Part shown: positions 11,493 through 25,040 of the stretch, piece after piece
Numbering within the stretch: the first letter of the stretch is position 1
Layout of the letters: each line of letters begins with the position of its first letter
NCBI RefSeq assembly: GCF_009834535.1
Contig: NC_045696.1
Span: 33,296,001 to 33,360,000, forward strand
DNA: 64,000 bases
Reading direction: 5' to 3'
Origin: Camelus ferus
Lineage: Eukaryota
Notes under the pieces: model-generated
Seen by the model: only the letters and a program-made list of their open reading frames with translations
Told to the model about the DNA's origin: nothing
Databases searched by the model: none
Translations under genes and position numbers: made by a program

Positions 11493-13074
11493 ACAAAAGA
11501 AAAAAAGGCAATGCTAGAAAATAAAAGCAACAGTGTCCTAATGGCCTGACCCTTTATCTAATTTACTAAAACCAAGTTTTATTCTGATTTATTTGATTTT
11601 TTCCTTTTGATGTATGAGAACATAGGGAAAGAATAACAGATGGCTGGGTTGTAAGGGTTTCTGAATCACGTTGCTTTACACACACTTGATGAACTGTAAA
11701 CACCTTTTCATTGACTTTTCTAGTTACCTTAGTCTTCTATTATGCATAATATATAGTGTTAAGAATAGCCACATAGGTAAATTTAGGAATATTTAATTCA
11801 CTACAGTCTCAAAAATATTTTAAATAAGTACATATCTGAAATAATTCGATAATTAATACAAACTTCTTATTTGACAACAGAGGTCACTAAAAGCAAAATG
11901 GGATCTATAATATGAGATATAGTATCCTGCAAGTAAGGGATAGACCCCCACGGCTGCTACTGCTAAGCTATGCAAGTTTAAGTTGGGGAGTCCAAACCCT
12001 CTAGGGCCACAGACAGGACCCTGGCCAGAATCCAGGTCTCTGGGTCCCAGTTTAGTCCGTATTGCATGTTATTGTTCTACCAGAAGTTCTCAAACTTATA
12101 AAATGTAAACTCTGCTCCACAAAAACAAACATCTCATAAGTATATTCAGTATCCAAATAACCCTTCCTGCCTTAAGAATTAATAATATGCAAAGTAGTAG
12201 AGATTTCTTTATAAGCTTACTTTCTGGAATTTGTATTAAAAGAAACAATAATAACCTGAGGAATATTTCTAAATATCAAATTGAATTGTCATACTGAATA
12301 TGCTTATTTAAACGTTATACATGCTCAAGGATGCTGCAATACTTCTCTCCATGCTGACAGCCTTAAAAATGTCTGCCATGTACAATGGTACTGTCAGTTT
12401 AAAACCTTTTAATGCTTTAAATTCTAGAATGCCATTTGAAGTATGCGCCAGGTTTGCAGCTAGCATTTTATTTCATATTTCATGAAACATAAAGTTAATA
12501 TTTTTGGATATAAAAATAGGTAGACTTTAACTATTATTTTGCAAAATCAGTGGCGTATAAAACGTTTGCATCTTATGTCGTCAACAAAGAGCTCTGAAGT
12601 TGATCCAGGGCATGTGTCTAATGCAGAACTGATCTTGTTACAGGTGTGAGATTATCTTCCTTTAAAGCCCAAATCCTGCCATTAAATCACCGACAAAGCT
12701 TTCATTTCAAATGTGGCCTTTAAATGCATAACACAACAGAAGGACAATTAAAGATAGTCATAGTCTATTATCATTGCCATTGGTTCTGCTAATGAGTTCT
12801 GTGACTTGTTTCAGAATCAAAATGCTACTCCTGAGAAAGCTTATCAACCTAAGTAAGTGAGTCTTTATCACTTTGCCCTTAAATGGCTAGTGATCTGCGC
12901 CTTTGAGTTTGGGGAGCAGTGCTAAAAGAAACTCTTTATAAAAGAGCTATTAGTCTTGTGCAGTCTAGGATATGACAGCTCACGAGGCTACACAGACCAT
13001 TACATTACCAACACCATTTCCAATTCCTTAGGCATCTCCTCCAGCTCCTCTGGAGAAATTCCTCAGCTGACTTG

Positions 13075-13178
13075 CTCTTTCTTTTCCTCCCTTTCTTTCT
13101 CCCTTTCTTTGTTTCTTCCTTCCTTCCTTCCTCCCTCCCTCTCCCTCTCTCTCTCCCTTTTCCTCTCAATCTCTCACT
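13075..13178. repeat. CT-rich polypyrimidine low-complexity tract
   Basis: (CTTC)n/(CCCT)n/(CT)n mosaic. Confidence 0.9.
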
Positions 13179-14297
13179 TTTAATTTTACTAACCTATTCT
13201 AAATTATTGGATGAAAGAAAACATATACCTTTTAGAATTTTTCCACCTAAGTGCCTATTTTTATACTTTATATGATAATACCATATTAATATTTTAGCTG
13301 GAAAAGAAACAATATAAATAACAAAAGAAGAAATTATTTAGTTTGCTTTTGCAAGGAAATTGATTGATTACATTTATTTACTGACATAAAATTGAAGGAT
13401 TATAATCATGTATATAGCATTGTTATAATTTGTAATTAAAACAATTTATGTAAGTCATAAGCCTCTGAGCTTCTAGAGAATAATGAACTAGGCATTTAAG
13501 TAAGAAGATTTGAATATGGGCATTTCCAAAAAGACAAATAGCATAAATGTAGTTTTATGATAAAATGCCAGTATCTGACAATATATTTAACATGGTCTTA
13601 TTTTTAGTACTTCCATATATATATTTCTAATCCAAATTTCGTCTATAGACAGTCCCATTAATTTACACTTTAAAAATAGCAGCAATCTATTTTCTATTTT
13701 ATGATTGAAATTTCTCTGAAGATACTGCTGTATCAGAACATCTAGGATCTGGGTAAAAAATGATATTCTAACTACTGTCTGTTGTATTATTTAAGTGCAT
13801 GTTTATTTCATTGATCTGAACTTTTCCACTGAAATTTTGTACAGTTTTTAAGGAGAAACTGTATATTTATTATTCACTGCACTGTGACCTTTCCTACAGA
13901 ACAATGCTGTATTTCTAAGGTACTGAAACTGACAATGTCCAGTTATATGTTACCTGTGTTATGGATGTAAAAGTGTCACAGGATAAGTGAAAGCTAACTC
14001 AAGCCACACTGTGTAGAAGTCAAACGGTTCTCCTTCCCCCCCTGCCAATTTTATGCATTCACCCTCTGCTCAGTGCCATTTTATTCCAGTTATATTCAAA
14101 GGTGTTGAAAGTATACTTTAGGAACCACATGTGAAAATAGAGGCATGCAGAATTCTCATTTAAAAATCAGTGCCTTGCAAGGTTCTGTGTTACTGTGCTG
14201 CTGAATATTATGTGGTCTTATATATCATGTGTGTTGGGATGGTGAAAGTCAGCTTCAGAAAAGCTGCACTAGACTACACCTTCTTATTGGCATCCCA

Positions 14298-14462
14298 TTT
14301 ATTTTATTGTGGTGAGAAGAGAGAGCATGAGATCTACCCTCTTAACAACACTTTCAATGTACAGTGCAGTATTATTAACTATAAGCATAATATTACACAG
14401 ATTTCTACAATTTATTCATCTTGAATAACTGAAACTTTATACACGTTGAACAGCAACTCCTC
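14298..14462 (-). mobile_element. L1MA-like 3' end
   Basis: TTTTATTGTGGT...CATGAGATCTACCCTCTTAACA...AACTGAAACTTTATAC. Confidence 0.85.
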
Positions 14463-15684
14463 AAATTAGTTTAAGGCTGTTAAAATACTATTACTTAAAT
14501 GTAGGATCGTTTAACTATCTTAGAGATATTCAGGAATCTAACTAAAATGGCTTCATGGTTCAAAGAGAGTATCTCCAGTAATAGAAGTTTACATGATCCC
14601 GGTTGGTGCAAGGTATTCATCTGTTCATTCTCCCTTTGGGACTTGCTGGATTTATTATCCTCCCTTAAAAGGCCCTCCTTTGATTTTTATGTCTTGGATT
14701 CTTATTTCATGGATCAAGGATTAGTGACATCTTTGTCTCCAAGCTCTTCTGGTGGTAATAAGAAATGTCTGCAGTCTAAGACAAACCTTAAGGAGAAGGA
14801 AAAATCAATCAGAGTATCTTTGGAGAAGCAAAGTCCCCATACTGGTATTCAGTGTTTGAAAATTCTTCAAAAATTATCCAGATAAATTAATATACTATTA
14901 TTATCATCTGTGAATAGGGTTCCTCACTGAAATTAAAAATGAAACCAGTGCTCCCTTAATACATGTCATGTCGTTATGTGGAATTTACATGGTAAAAGAA
15001 AATACCAACTGAAAGATTAGTAAGAATGAACAATTTTAGTTCATCTAGGAATCCTCTCCTGGAAAATATGTTTAATCATTCATGATACTTTAATTTTGTG
15101 ATTTTCTGTGTATTTATACTCAAACATGTGAACAATTAGGAGATTTTATCTGAGATTTTTAAACTTTGACACATGGGTGTCCACATTTTCTTCTTAGAAA
15201 ACTTTAATTCCAACAAGTTGGTTTAAAAAAATCTAAAATAATAGCTGTATTTCTTCCATTGTGTTTGGAAAGCAAATTCATCAAAAAATGTTTTGTAAGT
15301 TTCTTCATATGTTGAAATATGAGGTAAATAGTTTTAGAAAGGTGATTTGGAATGCTTCAGATTACTAATTGGTATTGACCCTGAATCTGTTCTGGTTGTA
15401 CATATATTTAATGAATTATTTCATTAAAAAAAATTAAAGTGATCTACTTCTAACTGATCAATATGCTTAAAATAGGCCAGGAGATCTTATAAAGATTACT
15501 TTTATTTTTTTAATTAAACTAATACTCCTTGCGGTCTATCTGGTCAAGGCATCACTTTCTCATGATCATCTTTATTGCATTTTTTATGAATTTCTTTTAA
15601 GGAACTCCAACACAGACTCGTTGTATGTATTTGAATGCAAATTTGGTTTTGTAGTATAACTTTTGAATTCTATTTGACAATAAA

Positions 15685-16220
15685 TGCCGTGGAAATAAAC
15701 AAAAACCAATCACATGAGAAAAGCAAAGGCTGTTTATTCTGAGCTTGCTACAGCAAAGCGCTCAGCCACCAATACTTACATTTGGCAGATACTCAAATGT
15801 AAACAGAGGAGCAGGGAAGTTTTACAGTGAGAAAAAGGAAGGCTTCAGGTCTGCCCTAACTGGAGGCTGTTTTTCCTGAGAAGCTCTAGGTGAACAAACT
15901 AGAAGTAGACATCCCATGTGATTGGTTGAGCTGCATACTTGGCTTTCTCTGGGTGGTCCTAAATTGGAAGCAGGGACAAAAACTGGGGAAGTTGTCAGTT
16001 ATTAAGCAAATCCTGCCTATTCTGGGCCAATTGTTACTGAAGTTATTGTTTAGCTTCCTGGATTCTCAGTAGAGACAGAAATCAGAGCAGCCTGGCTTCC
16101 TGTGTTGTTTATTGTAGATGAAGTGTTGTTTTTCTGGGCAGGTTTGCTGCAGGCTGTGGGTCAAAGTTATATTTTTATATATGATCTGACCATTGTTTGT
16201 TTGTATATTCAGTCTCTCCA
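15685..16220 (-). mobile_element. ERV1-class solo LTR (MER31/MER34/MER67-like)
   Basis: TG...CA termini, about 535 bp; TTTATTCTGAGCTTGCT and GCTGCAGGCTGTGGGTCAAAGTT...TATTCAGTCTCT motifs. Confidence 0.7.
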
Positions 16221-16959
16221 TGTTAATAAGAAATTTATTAAGAGAAAGAGATTGGATTCAATGACCTATACACTAAGATTTTATGACCTCCTTTTATAAG
16301 TACAGAGTATTGATCTAACTCTCATGAACTCATAGATTAATGGTAAATATAAAAGGAAGAGAATAACTCATTTTCCTTCATTTAAAGATTAAATGGTTAT
16401 TCAGAGCATATTTATTTAAACAAAATTAATCACACCAAACATCTCAACTACTCAACATCCGCAAGCAGGTTTTTTTCTTCCTTTTTTTCCATACCACTGA
16501 CCTCAGAAGTAGTGGAAATCATGTTATTAAAGACTGTTCTAATTGCTAGCAGTCTTGAGATGTTTTTTAAGCACATTTGCCAAAAATCCAACTAAATGGA
16601 AAAAAGTATTCATTTTTTGAGACATTTATTTTGGATGTAACTGTATGAAAAACATTGTGCACATAGCAATAAGCAAAGCAGAAACAGTATCTGCTCTCTA
16701 CATTCCAAAGGTGGGAGACAGACATTCCACACAATGTCAATAAAGGACGTCTATGCAGTGATGACTAATCTGTTTCTCTAAGAGAAAAGAAAGATTGTTT
16801 ACAAACTGAAACATACAACTTTTAGGTATATTTAATTTATTCCTTTTGACTTACAGAGATCAATTTGACCTTTATTGACATGTGACCTTAGGATTCATTT
16901 TGTATCATTTTGTGTGATGTTTAAGTGGCTCTATTAATTAAGATATTTTCATGTGAAAG

Positions 16960-17945
16960 CAACATAATCCCAAATTACAAGTATTTTAAATAGCAAAAAC
17001 CTTCATTTTCTCAAATAACACAAAGTCTGGAAACTGCTATCCTGTGTTATTTTATTTAATGGATCAACAACGTCATCAAGAATCTAGGTTTTTCCATCTT
17101 TCCCTTTGTCTTCCATAGGGGAGTGTGACAGAGAGAGAAGATGGCTCACCCAGCATCCATCTCAAGTACCACCTCCTTGTTTTCCTCTACTATAGAGTCT
17201 GAGAAGAAAAAATTTACTTCCCCAGATCTTTTCCATGAGGAGTGCCCCTGGGGAAAAGTGTTTTGTCTTCTCAGGCAGTCACTGCACTTCCTCTCCCCTT
17301 CCCCTTCCTCTACTGACTATTTTGGCACTTATATGTTGGGTGGGACTGTAACAGCCATCTGATACTAAGAGGAAAAGGCTTGGGGAATTTATGAAATCTC
17401 ACTCTTGATATTCTTAGAGCTGCTATTCTGAAGCCAGTAAACACCAACTTTCAAACTTTTTGCTGAGTAAGAAAAGTAAAACTTTAAATGTGTTTAAGCC
17501 TCTGTTTCTGTTACTTACAATGACATGAAATAAAGACAAGGTCTCTCTCTTTCGCAATATGCCTCTCCTCATGGTGACAAAATGGCTGCAGCAGTTCCAG
17601 AATCATTGGCAGACTTAACATTATTCAGGAAAGGAGAGAGAATATATTCTCATGTATCTCTCTAATAGTGAGAAAAATCTCCCACAAAAGTTTGCCAGTG
17701 GAATTTCTCTTCGGTTGCACCGACCAGGCCCATGCCAGTATATAAAATATCCACTGCCGGAAGAAAGAAGACAAAGATCACGGGATTGAACCAATCGTGG
17801 TTCATTCCTGGAGCTGGAAGTAGGTCACGATACTGGAGCTCATGGATGGCCTTGCAGAGGATGGGCACAATAGTAATAATGGGCTTCTGAGAGCAGAAAA
17901 GAAGAGAGAATACATATGGGCAGGCAAAGAGCAATTTTCCCTACA
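16960..17945. mobile_element. MLT1-like LTR (antisense) interrupted by an ERVL LTR16-like element (~17135-17520)
   Basis: CAACAACGTCATCAAGAATCTAGG, later CTCATGGTGACAAAATGGCTGCAGCAGTTCCAG; inner element ends TTAAGCCTCTGTTTCTGTTACTTACAA. Confidence 0.55.
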
Positions 17946-18245
17946 CTGGCTTCATCTATAGAGTCTCTAACAAATAGGTTATAAAAATCTGATAAGATCT
18001 AGCACAGTGTTAAGGCCAGACTTCACCTGACGTAATGAGGATACCCTATTTGGAATCCAAAGTTATCATTCTGGAAATACGGGTATATAATTTTTTTTTT
18101 GAAAACAGGAAAGAAGAAACTCTGAGTTGTTTTAAATATGATAATTTGAAAATTTTAAGTGATTGAACAAATATATACAGTTGATTTCTCCATTGCCAAG
18201 TCTATCTTCTGTTAAACTAGAACTTCTATATTTTAAACACCATGC

Positions 18246-18246
18246 T

Positions 18247-18278
<32 letters not shown>

Positions 18279-18302
18279 CTGAGATAGAGACAGAGACAGA
18301 CA
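18246..18302. repeat. (GA)n/(GAGACA)n simple repeat
   Basis: Direct reading. Confidence 0.9.
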
Positions 18303-19437
18303 AAGAACGAGAAGGAGGGAGAAGGACAAGGTTTCTCACTTCACTTCCATCATAATAACTTTATTTAGTTTCTTAAATTGAGGCCTCCTGTTATAGTTGC
18401 CTTTGAACAAAGAAATTGCAGGAAAAAAATTGATAATCCACAGAACTGTATTACCTCCAAGCTCCCTTCCAAAATGAAATTTTGTAGTTCTATGAATCTC
18501 CAAAAGAAACTGAATTATTTCTCAGGGTGTAATTTGTGATTTTCTTGTTTTTGTATTCATACACAAGATTTTATATTTTAGGCAGACTTATAAAGTTAGT
18601 ATAATTCTGAAGAAATATACCAGTAGGTGCAAGTTCCCGCAAAATGATTTAGAAACAGGTGCAACTCTTGGCTGGATCTATATGAGTAAAATATTCAATT
18701 TTGCTTGGATTATAGGAATAGGTTCTTTGACTAATGACACCAACTAACTATTATACATTATTTCTATTCCATAGGAAGAACAGTCTTCAACACATCACTA
18801 TATAAAACGGATTTTTAGACTTTGCTCAAAAAAGTGTAACTATTTCTTTTTTCTTGAAACACTGATGCCCAGTGACGGGTAACAGTATAATTTATGCCAC
18901 TGGTCTTCTTGTGAAACTTTATTCCTAATTTGTCAGCTTACTCAGCTCTGCTCTTCAGAGCTGTGCAATAAATTACAATAGATGCTCAGTACATTAATCA
19001 ATTTGACATCTGTCCTGGACAAATGCAATCAGAGAAAAATTGATAAGACTTTCCAGGATTTAATGTATTTGTATTAGTAATAACACAAATATTTATAATG
19101 ACTGATATTTTTCTCAACTTCTATGCTTTAGAAAAAGTATATAATGTTTTTTTCTTATAAGCATGTGCATTTAATAAAGAATTGAAAACTCACGATGAAG
19201 AAATAATAACAAAAAATGGAGGTTAAATGATCTTTTTTTTAATCCAGTAATTCACACTGTGTTCATTATATATTTTCCCATCGTGAAAAAAATATATTTT
19301 ATCATAGAAAATGCAGCAAGGCAGATAGATGATAAATACATTATCTGAAGTCTGTTCACCAGCATAACGTTCCTAGATTCTCTTCTAGCTTTGTTTTTCA
19401 TGGATATTATTTTCTTTTTCTTTCCTTAACCTTGATC

Positions 19438-19439
<2 letters not shown>

Positions 19440-19486
<47 letters not shown>
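19440..19486. repeat. (GT)n microsatellite
   Basis: About 23 perfect units. Confidence 0.98.
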
Positions 19487-19489
<3 letters not shown>

Positions 19490-19539
19490 CTTAGTAGTTA
19501 GTAAAGTTGTTCATTAAACATTGCATTTCTCTCCCTCTG

Positions 19540-19875
19540 CGGCACTCTGGGGGAATACAGCGTGTTGGCAGTACCCCGGGGCCATGTGACATGGCCAGTG
19601 GCACTGGAGGGGAACTGAAGTGTGCCAATTTTTGGTCCAAGTTTTAAAAGCCATTGTGCAATCACCATGTTTCCCTCCCAGTGGTACAGACCTGGTGGAA
19701 GAATGTATCTGAATGAATCCTGTTAGCCTGAGTCTCTGGTGAAAAAACAAAAGAGCCCCCTTGGTGACCCGCAATTATGTATCTATAGCACAAGTGAATA
19801 TTTACTATTTGCTGAGTTGAGAACACAAGATTTGGAGACAGTTTGTTGTGGACAATAGTAGAGACTGTTCTGACA
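19540..19875 (+). mobile_element. MaLR LTR (MLT1I/J-like)
   Basis: GGCCATGTGAC...GAAGTGTGCCA...TTAGCCTGAGTC...AGATTTGGAGACAGTTTGTT. Confidence 0.6.
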
Positions 19876-19941
19876 TGTATAATATCCTATTATTTTCTCT
19901 CTCAACATCAGGACCAAGATAATTGTACTGTTATTTAAGCT

Positions 19942-20003
19942 ATGTATATATATACACACACATTATATATATATATATATATATATATACATACTTCACT
20001 AAA

Positions 20004-20066
<63 letters not shown>
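19942..20066. repeat. Compound (TA)n/(CA)n microsatellite
   Basis: Direct reading. Confidence 0.95.
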
Positions 20067-20067
<1 letters not shown>

Positions 20068-21044
20068 TGGCTCTAACATAATTCACTTAAACAGTATCTT
20101 ATTTAAAATTTAAAATTTTTTTGTTTTACTATTAAGAAACAATTGATAGGCCTCCTTGTGAGAAAGGTGTGTGAGTGCATGCGAGCATGTGTGTGTGTTG
20201 AGGTTCTGTGTTTATTGCTTGTTTCAGTTACTTTTTTTTCCTTAGGGACCTTTTCCAGTTGTGTCACTATTGTGTCTCATACTTTCTGATACCTACTGGC
20301 AAACTGCTTTCTAAAATAGCTTACTGATTTGCATTTACAATATCATATCATACTTATCAGCATTTAGTGATATCTTTTTTAAATGTTTTGCTGGTTCGAT
20401 ACATGAAAAATGCTAAATCATTATTAAATTAATTGTGATTTTCTCTTGATTGTTCTAAGCTGTATCAACCTGCAGTTTCATGGCTTTTATGCACATTTCC
20501 TTAAATAACTTAATTTTCAACTTTGAATTTATATTAATATCTAATAAAATTTTATAACAATATCATTTCTTCAATGCCATTTCTTTTGCAAGAGTTTTAT
20601 GCCCAGAATTTTTAAAGCAAGCTTACAAAAATGTTTGATTTGCATGCATAATTACTGAGTGGTTCAGAATAAGTTATATTTCAAGGCCACTTATGTGTTA
20701 ACAGAAACTGCTACAATATATGATGTTGCAAACTCTGGAAATTGGTTCTAAAATTTGACTGTCTCTTTTAAAAAAACAAACCTAGATATGTGAAGATAAA
20801 TGCTCCCCTTAAAATAAGATAGATGACAAATGCAAGGTAGAACAAGTAAGGTGTTATTAATCACAGTGTAATCTATATTGACCCACCTTATATGAACTTT
20901 ACAGATATCAAAAAATAAATTAAGTCCCCTATCACTGGCACCCTTGAAAGTGATGCTAAATGGCTCACAAATATAGTGGTCTTGATCAATTATTTAATAG
21001 TTCAGTTCATAAATTAACAGTCCTAAAAACATGACTAACAAGTT

Positions 21045-21160
21045 AATCACAACAAAGCTTAACTTCTCTCTATATAAAATAAAATTAATAGTAGTACATT
21101 TCTCCAAGCATGGTTTTGAGGATTATACAGTGGTGCAACTAAAGGACTTAACCAGAATAG
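21045..21160 (+). mobile_element. MIR fragment
   Basis: CTTAACTTCTCTCTATATAAAATAAAATTAATAGTAGTAC...TTTTGAGGATTA core-like. Confidence 0.5.
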
Positions 21161-21524
21161 AATAAGAAGTTTGGCTCTACTAAGAGAGTATTTCCCTTGT
21201 TGTTGCTCAGTTTTAAATACTATATCTACTAAAATCTATTTTTATTCATGGCTGTGTCACATGGAGTTTCCTTCAGGATTCCTTAAGATGATTATTTTTG
21301 TTAGTATTTTCACTGGTGATCATTTGCAAAGATGGCTGGACCAGGTCAATGCACATCCTTCAGCCATTACTTGCATTTCCTCATCTTTGATTTAGATTTG
21401 TCTTGTGTTTTGCTTTGAACAATGGAGGGTGGCGAATGGATGCTAAGCCAAGCCCTGAAGAAGTGGCAAAGCTTGCTCTCTTAGAAAGTGGGATGGTCAC
21501 TGAGGAAGCTTTGGAGAGTGCTCT

Positions 21525-21928
21525 GTGCTGAACTGTGTACCCCTACACACCTCCAATTCATACATTAAAGACCTAACCCCCAGGCCGTCAGACTAAGACT
21601 GCATTTGGAGGTAAGGCCTTTAGGAAGGTAATTAAGGTGAAACAATGTCATCTGGGTGGGTCCTCATCTAATATGACTGGCATACTTATATGAAGAAGTT
21701 TGGACACGTAAAAATAGACACCAAGGTTGCACATGTACCGAAGAAAGGCCACGTGAGGACACAGGGAGAAGGTGGCTGTCTGTAAGGCAAAGAAATCTCG
21801 GATGACATCAAACCTGCCAATATCTTGATCTTGGAACTAGTCTCCAGAACTGCGAGTAAGTGAATTTCTCTTGTTTAATCTATTCAGTCTGTGGTCCACT
21901 CTTACAGTAGCCCTAGTGAACTAACACA
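21525..21928 (+). mobile_element. MaLR LTR (MLT1A/B-like)
   Basis: TGTGCTGAACTGTGTACCCC...GGCCACGTGAGGACACAGGGAGAAGGTGGC...GCCCTAGTGAACTAACACA. Confidence 0.85.
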
Positions 21929-22727
21929 CCTAGCTTGTTGGAAGATAATGATCACCTGGAGTAGATGAATCATGCCAGCAGGGACCTCTTAGACCAACCA
22001 GTTTCCAAGCCAAACTCCAGATGATTGCAGAAAAAACATCCACCTGAATACAGTAAAATTTTCTGACATACAAAATAAAAAACCAATAAAATGGTGATTG
22101 TTTTAAATCTTGGAGGGGTTTGTAAATAATAATTGATACATGAGATATTTCATTAGGGATATACAACATTGTTCTTGATTCCTTGAACTGAGCATCCCAT
22201 TTAATAATTATTTTTTTGCAAGCCAAAAACATTAATTGAATACTAGCTACATGCCAGACACTGCAGTCACAAAGCCAAAGGTACAAGACTAAAATCTCAA
22301 TCAACAGGTTCTGAGTAATTTTCTAACTTGTCTCTATTTTCTGCTCTTTCATATACCACCTATTTATACTTTTGCAATGGGTGAATTACCTTAAAATAAT
22401 AATATCATTGAGACATTTTCTCTCCCCCCCCCGGCCCCCTGCCCCATTTCCCCTGAAATTCTTTTGCAGTATTGATTCTATTTTTAAATCAGCTTCCCCA
22501 TCGTGGTTTCAATATGGCTTTCTTAGCTCTTGACGCAACACACTTCCAGGTTCAAAAGCATATGAAATATCACCAATTCCCAGGAGAACACCTGAAAGGC
22601 ACTCTGATTACAGCGGAGCAATGTATTTACTGATGGGCTTAGGACTAAGCCTTGTGCCCCCTACAAAGGATGGAGCTGACATCCACATTTACAGCCTGTC
22701 CTGAAGGCAGAGGAGGGGTGGGTTCGC

Positions 22728-23093
22728 CTATCTGAGCTCAGGCTGCTATAGCAAAATACCACAAATGGGTGCCTTAAACAACAGACATTTATTTCTCACA
22801 GTTTTGGAGGCTGGGAAGTCCGAGATCAAGATTACAGCTGATTAGGTTCCTAATGAGGGTCCTCTTCCTGGCTTGCAGAAGACCATCTTCTTGTGGCATT
22901 CTCAGAAGACAGGGAAAGAGACAGAGAGCAAGCTCTCTGGTCTCTACTAAGAAAAGCACTAATTCCACCATGAGTACCTCACTCTCATGACCTCATCTAA
23001 ACCTAATTACCTGCCAAAAGTTCTGTCTCCAAATACCATCACATTTTGGTTTCAACATATGAATCTGAAGGGGCCACAATTCAGTCCATAGCA
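22728..23093 (-). mobile_element. MaLR LTR (MLT1A-like)
   Basis: CAGGCTGCTATAGCAAAATACCAC...ATTTATTTCTCACAGTTTTGGAGGCTGGGAAGTCCGAGATCAAG...AATTCAGTCCATAGCA. Confidence 0.9.
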
Positions 23094-24849
23094 TCCTCAA
23101 AATGTAGAGAAGTTCCGGTATGACAGAACTGCCACAATATCTAGTAACATGATCATCTAATGAAAACTGTAGTTTTTGCAGAGAAAATGAAGATCTTAGA
23201 TATATAAATTTGAGTATGTCCTCACCATGGCAGAGATGGAATGTGTCCTGATTCTCAGCCCAAACAAATGTTCACAGAAATAGACTGTCTCTCTACTAGA
23301 AGCTCAGTTTTTAGAGAAACTACCATGAACTAGGCACCACATTAAACATTTTGTACTAAATAAAGACATATGTATATATTGCAGCTTTTTATGTTAACTC
23401 TATAAAAATATGATTTAATGAAAAGTTTTCTCCCCAAATTTTACTTAATGGAAAGTTCATAACAGGACAGAAGGGAGATGGTCCTCTGAGGTGATAATCG
23501 TAAGCACGTGAGAGGTGCCTCTAGTAAAATTTCTATAAGACGCTCATTGACAGATGTTAATCTGTTTTTCAAATAAGGTGAGAATAACACAATATCCAAT
23601 AAGTCTTCGTTACAGTTATCCTCTCCTTCACTCCCCTCAAAAAGTTTTTTTCAGTACCTCCTCTTATAACTGAAAAGGTCTCTAAAATGTCTCCCATTTT
23701 AATGGCAGAATACCAATTTCACGCTAAATGCATGAGAGCCCTCATTCCATCGGAGCCCATATCTATTAATCTTTCCTTTTTTTCCCCTTCTTTCTTTTTA
23801 AACAGTAGGTCCATTTGCCACTGGATTTTCTTTTAGAAGCTTTACAGTTTTATTTTGTAATCATATAAGCCTCAGTTATATTTACACTTATACTTGACAT
23901 GATATTTCTCCATCAGTTAGAAAAACTGCTAAGGCAGCAACATTCAAGTAAAAAAAAAAAGTACAAATGGAGAACAAAAATATTTTCTGAAATCATTTGC
24001 AAGAGATGGTGCTGAGATTGAATGTTTTTACATCTTCTAGGGATTGTTTCTGTGATCCTCTAATTAAGATGATCGCTTAGGACGGAAGGAATGAAATACT
24101 GCAAAGATGGTCTTTGGGAGTCCAAAGACAGGCTCTCTCCTCCACCAGCACCCCCAGGATCTCCCTGGGTCCCCTCCCCCAAGAAAAAAAGATGGTTTTG
24201 TTGCTACTTTCCATTCTTCCCTTTCTGTTGTTTACCAGAGACCCCCAACAGCATTCTCTCAATTCTGTTCAGCTGAGAACTCAATTGTAGAGTGACTGTG
24301 TAGCAGGACAGTTTGTTCTTTCATCCTAAGGATGAAGTAGAATGTAGCTCTCTCATTCTTTCTCCCTTCAGTGTCAGTGTACCATGGCCACCAAGTTGTA
24401 GTCAGTCAATTTCCCTAAGAGAAAAGGTAAACCTAAATTTGTTCTGAAGTCCTAGTTCTTGCAATAAAAAATCTAATTTGCAATTTGGAATGTAGGGCAG
24501 AAACATTCAGGCTAGACTGCATGAAAATGGAAGGGTAAAAGAGGTCTCTTTAATACAGATTTGGCGTTTCTAAACTCTTAGTAGTCTCCTGCTTATTGAG
24601 CATTCTTAATTATATTTGTTTTTTATGATTTTGAGTGATTGATTTTCATTGCCCTCTACTGGATTAGGAAAAGAAACAACATGGAAAACTCAGAAACAAA
24701 AATAGCTAGGCACCTATAGGGTGAAAAATTTCCGCTACTCAACCTTACCTACACCCCCCACTCCCCAACACACACACACAATTAACCACAATATTTGCCC
24801 TCTCAACTTTATCTGAGGTTCTGTGACACAAAGGTAGGTGGGCTATGTC

Positions 24850-25040
24850 CAGCAGAACAAATGTGTCCTGCAGCCCAATTTGTGAAAGTTTTATTGGAAC
24901 ACAATCATGCCCAGTTTGTCAGTGGCTGTTTTATGAAGAATTGAGAACTTGTGATAGAGATCATTAGACCCACAAAGCCAGAAAATATTTGCTATTCAGC
25001 CTTTTACAAAAAAAAAAAAACAAAACAAAAACTCAGCTCC
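24850..25040. mobile_element. hAT-Charlie MER58-like DNA transposon
   Basis: AAAGTTTTATTGGAACACAATCATGCCCA...CCCACAAAGCC...AATATTTGCTATTCAGCCTTTTACA. Confidence 0.75.
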
